50,833 nt of DNA from Bacteroidales bacterium (GTDB lineage: Bacteria; Bacteroidota; Bacteroidia; Bacteroidales; FEN-979): NCBI GenBank assembly GCA_035403625.1, contig DAONFN010000001.1:1-50833 (forward strand), in the 5' to 3' direction. The translations under genes were made by a program, and so were the position numbers. The notes beneath the pieces were generated by a model that was not told the origin of the DNA, did not search any database, and was given only the letters and a program-made list of their open reading frames with translations. Positions 44,301-50,833 of this stretch are shown one piece after another (position 1 is the first letter of the stretch; each line of letters starts with the position of its first letter).

Positions 44301-47300
44301 TGATCTCCCCGCCATTCGACTTTTCTTCCCATGGTACAGTAGTGTTGAAGTTCAATCAGCATTACGACGGTGATGCCGTTTGGAGTTCCATTGCCCGTGT
44401 ATATTACACTGCCGACAACGGATTGAACTGGAACCTGCTGGCAACCTACACGACCGACCAGAACAACATCCCGGTCGCTATATTGGTTCCCGGGGCTGCC
44501 GGACAAAGCAACGTGAAGTTCAAATGGAACTATTTTGATGATGCCACCGGCTCCTATTTTTGGGGGATTGATGATGTGCAAGTGGTGGAGTGTTCCGGTG
44601 TGTGGACCGGGAGCGTCAGCACCAACTGGCACACAGCCGGAAACTGGTGCAACAACAGTGTCCCGACCACAACCACCGATGTTTACATTCCCGCAGGCGT
44701 GACCAACTTCCCGGATATTTCCACCTCCGCAACAGCCTATTGCAGGGACATCACCATTCAATCGGGAGCTACGTTGAAAATGTCGGCAGCCAATTCGGTA
44801 TTGGAAGTCAAGGGTAACTGGACGATGCATGGCAGCTTTGATTTTACCTATTCCAGTACTTCGGCCATGGTAAAATTCAACGGGTCCTCCCCGCAATCTG
44901 TCGGCGGAAGCACATACACCAAGCTGAGAGGATTTACCATTGATAATACCTCAGGCGTCACGACCAGTATAGAACTCAGGGCTGACAACGCCATCCAGTT
45001 GATAAACGGAATTGTAACGACAACCGGCAGCGGCAAAGTTTACGATGTATATAGTGTAATTGTCAGAACCAACGGTTGGGTAAATGGCACCTTGCAGAAA
45101 TATCTTTGGACGGGGAATACTTCTGTTGAAAACAGAACTTTCCAAATCGGCGATGCAACCAGATACGCACCGGTTGCCTTGTCATTCCCGATTAGCAGCA
45201 TAACGGCTACAGGACCCATTTCCATGAAAACAACTGCCGGTGATCATACAAGCATCGGCGCCTCCACCCTGGACGGGAGCTTAAGTGTGAACCGTTACTG
45301 GTCGTTCCCTTCAACCGGCACTTTTACCTCCTGCACCGCGACCTTCAACTTTGTGAACGATGATCTGGATGCCGGAACCCTCACCGGCAACCTCAATGCC
45401 GGGATGTATAAATCGGGTTCCTGGACCTATCCGACTGTGGGTACACGCACTTCCACCTCGATCCAGATCACCGGTTTCGCCAGTACCAACCTGACGGATA
45501 TCCAGCTGGCCGAAACCGTTCCCTCCATTACCTGGGGCAACCTGCAATGGCCCGCAAACGGGAATATCGCACTGGGAGGGACATTTAACGTTTACGGCCA
45601 GGTTTACCTCGGCGGAGTCACACCCGGGGCCGGCGCAGGAGCCGGCATGCAGAGCTGGGTTGGTTACAGCACGTCGAACACCGATCCGTCCGGCTGGACC
45701 AACTGGGTGCCGGCCACCTACAACGTCGATAACGGCAATAATGATGAGTATATGGCCAACCTGGGCGCTTCCATTACCGCCCCGGGAACCTGGTACTATG
45801 CAATGCGTTACAAGCGTGGCTCTTCGTCGTATGTTTACGGGGGATACAGTGCGGGGGGCGGGGGACTCTGGGACGGGAGCACGTATGTATCGGGCGTGCT
45901 CACGGTTACGGGACCGACCTTTACAGGAACCGGCAACTGGACGGATGCCGCCCGCTGGAGCACAGGCGCCGTACCGGCTTCTACGGTTAGCACGATAATT
46001 GACGGAACCTGCACAATTTCAAGTGCCGTGACCACAGCCGACCTGACGATCAATTCCGGCAGATCGGTCATCGTGGCTTCCAACGGACAGTTCACCGTTA
46101 ACGGCTTACTCACCAACAACGCCGGAACAACCGGACTGGTGATCAAATCGGATGTGACGGGCACAGGTTCGCTGATCCATTCCACCGGAGGGGTACCCGG
46201 CACAGCAGAGCGGTATATTGCCAACGACTGGAAATGGCATTTTCTCGCCTCACCGGTATTGGCTCAGCCCGTTTGGACGGAGTTTTCACCGGCGCCGACA
46301 GGTACCCCGCTCAGTTTCGGATCTTCATCCTGGAACTGGGATTTCTATTACTGGAATCCGAATGCCGACACCTCCACAGGCCTTTACTGGGTGAACCTGC
46401 GGAAAGAGAACGGCGACTACAATGACGGGACGATCGATGAGACGGGCAATAATGCAGGATTCGGAACGTCCACCCCTCCTGTAATGACTCCCGGACGCGG
46501 TTACCTGGCGGCCTATAATACAGGCTGGACCACAGGGTCACCCGTCACCCATCAATTTTCGGGCAGTCTCAACGAAGGGAGTATCTCCTGCCCGGTGTCC
46601 ATTAATTCGAACAAATTCAACCTGGCCGGGAATCCTTACCCGTCGGCGGTTGACTGGCAGGCAACCGGCGGCTGGAGCCGGACGAACCTGGCCCTGAACG
46701 GCAGCGGGTATGATTACTGGATCTATAACGACAATGCCGGCAACTACGGCGTGTTCAACTCGTCTACCGGTTCCGGTACCAACGGCACAAGCCGGTACAT
46801 AGCCTCCGGACAGGCGTTTTTCGTGAAAGCGACCTCGGCGGGAAGTCTGGGGATGACCGATGCCGTTCGCGTACACAGCACGCAGGCCTGGCTGAAAAAT
46901 ACCGACGAAGATCCATCCGCGGTGCGGCTGCAGCTTACCTCAACCGCTAATGCTTACAGCGACGAGATGATCGTAGCTTTCAACCCGGCGTTCGTGCCGG
47001 GCGGCAGCGAAAAACTGCGCAGCTTCTATGACGAGGCCCCCGAGATCTGGTCGGTTTCCGGCAGCAGGGAATATTCGATCGTACGGTACACCCAGCCCTC
47101 AGACGAGCTCGTTGTGCCGGTAAGCATCAAAGCCGGAGTCACCGCCGGGTTCACGATCACCTCCCCGGGAGTCACCGGATTCGGGCTGAGCAGCCGGGTT
47201 TACCTGGAAGACCTGAAAACGGGGATGACCCAGGACCTGAAGAGCAATCCGGTTTATTCCTTCTCGGCATCGCCGGGGGATGTGCCGGAGCGTTTCCGTC

Positions 47301-47575
47301 TTCACTTCGGAGCGCCGTTCGGGATCGGGAATGAGGATAACCGCTCATGCTTGGCCATCTGGATCACCGGGAAGAAGATCAGGATAAAGAGCGAAAATGG
47401 CTGTATGTCAGATGGAGAATTGTCGATATTCAATATTCTGGGACAGGAGATGATCCATCAACGCCTGTCCGGCACGGAGACTACCGTCCCGATGGATGAG
47501 CGGCCGGGGTATTATATTGTTAAAGTAGTGACAGATCGGCAGACCATCGTCAGGAAAGTATTTATCCCGATGTAA
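41372..47575 (+). CDS. Giant T9SS-secreted protein (2067 aa): BNR/Asp-box beta-propeller region, Fn3-like, MAM/choice-of-anchor-J-like module, long beta-rich region, T9SS CTD
   Basis: Signal peptide. At least 7 Asp-box motifs (KSTDGGATWSQ, TTNGGTSWSQ, STNTGDAWTK, STDYGVNFT, KSTDGGATWAI, TANGGTTFTE, KSTDKGATWTN). C-terminus GELSIFNILGQEM...GYYIVKVVTDRQTIVRKVFI. Confidence 0.85.
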   Translation: MNNLYRNFTKCLIVIFFIILGFQAAAQKPSRAGSPAGKRSWFELMQDPDSRFQDVQKAFYKYWEKRLKIKEKEAEETGETEEEGTEESEGEGYQVFKRWEYINKHRVLPDGRLQAPGYVKSVYDKYMAELDATSSAAGNWVSLGPTAYVGNTSGQPTGMGRLNAIAFHPTDANTIYVGAPSGGFWKTTSLNGNSTVWTNLSNNLPTLGVSSILVHPSNPNIIYLGTGDRDAANAPGIGVYKSTDGGATWSQVSAGMGNVTVGAMVMLPSDPNTILAATSAGIYKTTNGGTSWSQKQSGDFKDIKFKPGDPTVVYAARSITPAEFYRSTNTGDAWTKNTSLPSGTGSRSVIGVSPADPSYVYLVLTKSDNTFLSLYRSTDYGVNFTAMAASPPNILSSNCDGTGTTTQATYDLCIAVDPSNINTVYVGGVDIWKSTDGGATWAIKAIWAGTCSGTAFPVHADHHVFEWSPLDGRLYNGNDGGLYYTANGGTTFTELTGGLAITQVYKFGQGVSNVNYCIFGCQDNGCGATMTGTSFTTVSGGDGGECEIDYANTNYCYDTYVSGSIRRSTTGPMGSYSQIGGNGVNGIDESADWIMPYALHHTVHTTLFAGYKNMWRSTNITSSPPTWVKISSGETVNCEVIEQSPVNLDLLYAVRSGSMKRTENANDAAGSVTWTSCTLPGGGTPTDLVAHPTDANTVYATVNYGVYKSTDKGATWTNITGNLPGLFINCLAYDKTTNEGLYVGNQTGVWYKDATMSNWMLFSNGLPPADVRELEIYYDANPSNNRIKAGTFGRGMWQSDMAAVTVIDPTAFSAYAANSAQINLGWTKNAANDNVLIAVSSTGTFGQPEDGTAYSAGNALPAGGTVLYNGSASGYNHTGLSVNTKYYYKAWSVNGSAQYSAGLAPISATTDCQALNSFPYICTFDNTDCWQVIDNTGNGSWLFGSTSNSSNPPTLLTSPYAYFMSSPGSPVNYNSDLISPPFDFSSHGTVVLKFNQHYDGDAVWSSIARVYYTADNGLNWNLLATYTTDQNNIPVAILVPGAAGQSNVKFKWNYFDDATGSYFWGIDDVQVVECSGVWTGSVSTNWHTAGNWCNNSVPTTTTDVYIPAGVTNFPDISTSATAYCRDITIQSGATLKMSAANSVLEVKGNWTMHGSFDFTYSSTSAMVKFNGSSPQSVGGSTYTKLRGFTIDNTSGVTTSIELRADNAIQLINGIVTTTGSGKVYDVYSVIVRTNGWVNGTLQKYLWTGNTSVENRTFQIGDATRYAPVALSFPISSITATGPISMKTTAGDHTSIGASTLDGSLSVNRYWSFPSTGTFTSCTATFNFVNDDLDAGTLTGNLNAGMYKSGSWTYPTVGTRTSTSIQITGFASTNLTDIQLAETVPSITWGNLQWPANGNIALGGTFNVYGQVYLGGVTPGAGAGAGMQSWVGYSTSNTDPSGWTNWVPATYNVDNGNNDEYMANLGASITAPGTWYYAMRYKRGSSSYVYGGYSAGGGGLWDGSTYVSGVLTVTGPTFTGTGNWTDAARWSTGAVPASTVSTIIDGTCTISSAVTTADLTINSGRSVIVASNGQFTVNGLLTNNAGTTGLVIKSDVTGTGSLIHSTGGVPGTAERYIANDWKWHFLASPVLAQPVWTEFSPAPTGTPLSFGSSSWNWDFYYWNPNADTSTGLYWVNLRKENGDYNDGTIDETGNNAGFGTSTPPVMTPGRGYLAAYNTGWTTGSPVTHQFSGSLNEGSISCPVSINSNKFNLAGNPYPSAVDWQATGGWSRTNLALNGSGYDYWIYNDNAGNYGVFNSSTGSGTNGTSRYIASGQAFFVKATSAGSLGMTDAVRVHSTQAWLKNTDEDPSAVRLQLTSTANAYSDEMIVAFNPAFVPGGSEKLRSFYDEAPEIWSVSGSREYSIVRYTQPSDELVVPVSIKAGVTAGFTITSPGVTGFGLSSRVYLEDLKTGMTQDLKSNPVYSFSASPGDVPERFRLHFGAPFGIGNEDNRSCLAIWITGKKIRIKSENGCMSDGELSIFNILGQEMIHQRLSGTETTVPMDERPGYYIVKVVTDRQTIVRKVFIPM

Positions 47576-47604
47576 AAGAAATGAATACCGTTTGAATTAC
47601 TGTT

Positions 47605-47612
47605 TACCTTTG
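47605..47612 (+). promoter_or_regulatory. -7 promoter box TACCTTTG for the M6 protease gene
   Basis: Full match 29 bp upstream of the ATG at 47641. It sits inside a 7-bp inverted repeat, TGAATAC (47582-47588) / GTATTCA (47612-47618). Confidence 0.55.
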
Positions 47613-47640
47613 TATTCATACAACCAACCATTCTTCTTTT

Positions 47641-50334
47641 ATGAAAGCGTCTCGTTTCCAACTCCTTTGGATTGTTTTTCCTGTGATGTTGACAATGGGT
47701 TTCCGCATCGCCGCCTTTGCCGTGACAGCATCACCCTACCCGTTCGATTTCAGGCAGAAGGATGGAACCACCCTGACTTTGCGGATGATGGGGGATGAGT
47801 ACGTGAGATGGGCTGAAACCCCGGATCATTATTCCCTTTTACGGAACGCGACCGGCGGCTGGGAATATGCAGTACAGGGAAGGAACGGCGACATGGTGCC
47901 ATCCGGGCTGCTGGCGCATAACAACGACGCAAGAGGGCTGCAGGAGATTTCGCTGTTGTCGCGTACCGGGAAGAACCTTCGCTACAGCCGGCAGCAGACA
48001 GGGTACCTGAAATCGCTGGGAAAACAGCGGCAGCCCGGGGCAGCAACGGGATTCAACCACACCGGTGTGAACAAGATGCTGGTCATCCTCATCGGGTACA
48101 CCGATCTTTCATTTACCAAGACCCAGACTGATTTCGACAACCTGATGAACCAGGTGGGATATAATTCCACCGGAAGTGTCCGCGATCTTTACCTGGAAAA
48201 TTCATATGGTCAGTTTACCCTGAATACCACCGTCGTCGGTCCTTACACAGCGGCCCACAATATGGCCTATTACGGAACCAACACCCCCTGGGATGATTAC
48301 CGGGCCGGAGAACTGATCACCGAAGCGGTTAACCTGGCCGATCCTGCGGTGAACTATGCCGATTTTGACAATGACAACGACGGATCTGTGGATGGTATCT
48401 ATGTGATTTACGCGGGGTACGGAGAAGAAGCCGGTGGAGGGGCCGATGCGATCTGGGCACATGCAGGATATATAACACCCGTAACGCTCGATGGCAAAAC
48501 GGTGGCACGCTATGCCTGTTCGTGCGAATTGCGCGGGGGAAGCGGGACCACCATCTCTGCCATCGGCGTGGTCTGCCACGAATTCGGGCATTCGCTGGGG
48601 GCGCCGGACTATTATGACACCGATTACGAAACCAACGGCCAGTACGACGGCACCGGATCGTGGGACCTGATGGCCGGAGGATCGTGGAACAACAGCGGGG
48701 ATACACCCGCCCAGCACAATGCCTACACCAAGTCGAAGGTTTACAACTGGATCACGGCTACGACGGTGAGTTCGAATGCGGATATCACCCTGCGCGACAT
48801 TGTTTATTACCCCGATGTGATCCAGGTCAACACCACCACGCCCAACGAGTATTACCTGTGTGAGAATAAGCAGCTTACCGGATTCAATGCCTATTGTCCG
48901 GGGCATGGCATGCTGATCTACCACGTGGATGGCAATTACATTGCATCGAACACTTATACTATCAATGCGGGGTCCCACCAGGGGATGTACCCGATGTCGG
49001 CCATGTCATCGACCGCGAGTGGGATCATGCTGAGTTCCGGATCGAATATCAATACTAATGCCTGTCCCTGGCCGGGATCAGGGAACGCGACCACCTTCAG
49101 TGATGCAACCGTTCCGAGCCAGAAATCGTGGGCCGGCAATAACACAGGCAAAGCCTTCGTCAACATTGAAGAAAACGGTGGAAACATCGTGTTCTGCGTG
49201 ATCGGTTGCGATCCGAACCGTCCGGGAAGTCTGACCGTTACGCCGGCAAGTTCCACGCAGTTAACCCTCACCTGGACAAAAAACCCCTCCGGGAGTCCGG
49301 TCATCATCGCGGTAAATTCGGTCAACTCATTTGGCACACCCGTAACCGGGACCGTCTATTCGCCTGGGAATACCCTGCCCGGAGGAGGAACGGTGATCTA
49401 CAATGGAGCCGGACTTAATTTCAGCCACGCCGGCCTTTCTCCGCAAACAACCTATTACTACAAAGCCTGGTCGGTGTTGACGGGATATGTTTATTCCGCC
49501 GGCATCATCAATCACGGCACTACCCTTTGCGGGGCCCATTACCCGCCCTATACCGAGGAATTTTACCAGGCAGAGATCCCCATTTGCTGGTCCCAGGTGG
49601 ATTATGCCGGATCCGGGAACACCTGGCAATTCGGTTCCGTTGACCCGGCCTATGGCAGCTGGGCTCCGGCGCTGACCGGCAATTATGCCTATATCAACAG
49701 CGACGCTTACGGGGCATCCGGAGTCCAGGATGCCGACCTGATCTCCCCGGTTTTCGATTTTACCGACTACACCTCGGTAGCCCTGCAGTTCGACCATTAC
49801 TTCAGGCAGTTCAGTTCGTCGGTTGGCTCGGTGGCTTACAGCATCGACAACGGAGCGACCTGGACTACTCTTTATCAATGGACCTCAACCTCGGCAACCA
49901 ACCCGGAGCATTTCGCCATGGTGATCCCGGAGGTGGCGGGTCACTCCCAGGTATTGTTCAAATGGAATTACACGGGTGCCTATGACTACTACTGGGGATT
50001 TGATGATGTGTCGGTTACCGCGACCTACGGCCCTATGTGGACCGGAGCGGTCAGTTCCGACTGGAACAACCCGGGGAACTGGGCGGGAGGTTCGGTTCCT
50101 ACGGCCATCCAGAATGTGGTTATTCCAGACGTTGCCAACGACCCGGTGGTGAACCAGCCTGCGGGGAGCCCGGCGGTATGTAACGACCTCGACATTCATC
50201 CGGGGGCCATTCTCACCGTTGCCGCTAATAAAGTGCTGGTGGTCAATGGGAATTTGACCCTTACGAAGAGCATCCTTGCGCTGCAGGTCAGCCCTGGCGG
50301 CCATGTGATCCGGCCGGGGAAGGAGAAGGAGTAG
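47641..50334 (+). CDS. M6-family (immune inhibitor A-like) zinc metalloprotease with Fn3-like and MAM/choice-of-anchor-J-like modules; no recognisable T9SS CTD
   Basis: Signal peptide and VVCHEFGHSLGAPDYYD (HExxH). The C-terminal modules are paralogous to the two other cargo proteins. The ORF ends abruptly inside a repeat that continues for about 930 aa in the upstream paralogue. Confidence 0.8.
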   Translation: MKASRFQLLWIVFPVMLTMGFRIAAFAVTASPYPFDFRQKDGTTLTLRMMGDEYVRWAETPDHYSLLRNATGGWEYAVQGRNGDMVPSGLLAHNNDARGLQEISLLSRTGKNLRYSRQQTGYLKSLGKQRQPGAATGFNHTGVNKMLVILIGYTDLSFTKTQTDFDNLMNQVGYNSTGSVRDLYLENSYGQFTLNTTVVGPYTAAHNMAYYGTNTPWDDYRAGELITEAVNLADPAVNYADFDNDNDGSVDGIYVIYAGYGEEAGGGADAIWAHAGYITPVTLDGKTVARYACSCELRGGSGTTISAIGVVCHEFGHSLGAPDYYDTDYETNGQYDGTGSWDLMAGGSWNNSGDTPAQHNAYTKSKVYNWITATTVSSNADITLRDIVYYPDVIQVNTTTPNEYYLCENKQLTGFNAYCPGHGMLIYHVDGNYIASNTYTINAGSHQGMYPMSAMSSTASGIMLSSGSNINTNACPWPGSGNATTFSDATVPSQKSWAGNNTGKAFVNIEENGGNIVFCVIGCDPNRPGSLTVTPASSTQLTLTWTKNPSGSPVIIAVNSVNSFGTPVTGTVYSPGNTLPGGGTVIYNGAGLNFSHAGLSPQTTYYYKAWSVLTGYVYSAGIINHGTTLCGAHYPPYTEEFYQAEIPICWSQVDYAGSGNTWQFGSVDPAYGSWAPALTGNYAYINSDAYGASGVQDADLISPVFDFTDYTSVALQFDHYFRQFSSSVGSVAYSIDNGATWTTLYQWTSTSATNPEHFAMVIPEVAGHSQVLFKWNYTGAYDYYWGFDDVSVTATYGPMWTGAVSSDWNNPGNWAGGSVPTAIQNVVIPDVANDPVVNQPAGSPAVCNDLDIHPGAILTVAANKVLVVNGNLTLTKSILALQVSPGGHVIRPGKEKE

Positions 50335-50833
50335 CCCGGTAACGTCGCCAGAAGGCCAGCCGGGTGGCGGAGGTATAGTAGAAGAGTTCCCGGATCCCGG
50401 GAACCCGCAGCAGGTAATGGAAAATGCGGTAAGAGATGACCATTACCAGGAAGGTAAGGACCCAGCCCGTGAGGGTGACAGCCGCCTGTGCCCATCCATT
50501 ATCCGCAGGGATTGTGATAAACCGGCCGACACCCTGCCAGAACCAAACCATGATTCCCATGTTGAGCAGGCACATGATGCCGATGATGTAGCCGTGGGCC
50601 GTTTCAATCGCGCGCTTCGGACAGGTGTTCATACACCGCATGCAGCTTTCACAGCGGTACGACCAGAACGGGCGTCCGTCGACCGTCAGGATTGCCTTGA
50701 CGGGGCACCCGGCGATACAGGCTCCGCAGTTGTCGCATTTTTCGGAGGCATAGAGGGATTTGGCCAGGATAAACCGGCCGACGAAGAAATAGCCGACCGC
50801 AATGGGTGAGATCAGCAAATCCTGAACGATGTC
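50288..50833 (-). CDS. Partial (5'-truncated by the window edge) 2x[4Fe-4S] ferredoxin-domain membrane protein, EFR1-like
   Basis: CDNCGACIAGCP and CESCMRCMNTCP cluster motifs followed by TM helices. The reading frame stays open to the window end, and the ORF-track M at 50818 is a TTG codon. Confidence 0.7.
   Translation of the reverse strand, partial: DIVQDLLISPIAVGYFFVGRFILAKSLYASEKCDNCGACIAGCPVKAILTVDGRPFWSYRCESCMRCMNTCPKRAIETAHGYIIGIMCLLNMGIMVWFWQGVGRFITIPADNGWAQAAVTLTGWVLTFLVMVISYRIFHYLLRVPGIRELFYYTSATRLAFWRRYRATPSPSPAGSHGRQG

Overview
This is a 50.8-kb chromosomal window from a Bacteroidota-type genome. That placement is inferred from four things: TAnnTTTG -7 promoter boxes 16-50 bp (one 132 bp) upstream of many start codons, no Shine-Dalgarno signals, four proteins ending in T9SS C-terminal sorting domains, and an atpBEFHAG operon without atpDC. 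Most genes are housekeeping or envelope genes: an S9 peptidase, mannose-1-P guanylyltransferase, MlaEF-like ABC genes, CvpA, LPS-core-type GT9/GT2/O-antigen-ligase-like genes, pgk, ispG, tsaB, TolC plus adaptor, F-ATPase and ferritin. Interleaved are two paralogous accessory modules. Each has a membrane-spanning TPR/LuxR-HTH one-component regulator followed by giant secreted proteins (a 1703-aa beta-helix protein; a 2067-aa BNR-propeller/MAM-like protein plus an 897-aa M6 metalloprotease). A further T9SS cargo gene lies at 4.7-7.3 kb. I saw no rRNA, tRNA, CRISPR array, transposase or integrase. The most unusual signal is not a gene. At least seven intergenic spacers are filled with phase-locked 7-8-nt tandem-repeat tracts built from a small shared set of units (GTGACGG, CCGACTG/CAGTCGG, GATCGTA, TGACGAG, AGTCGCA, ACTTGAG, GTGAAGA, ATCAGCAC). 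These tracts end just upstream of promoters, and the same units occur in frame inside atpG, tsaB, ispG and a GT9 gene. All protein calls come from motif recognition by eye. No database search, HMM scan or folding calculation was run.
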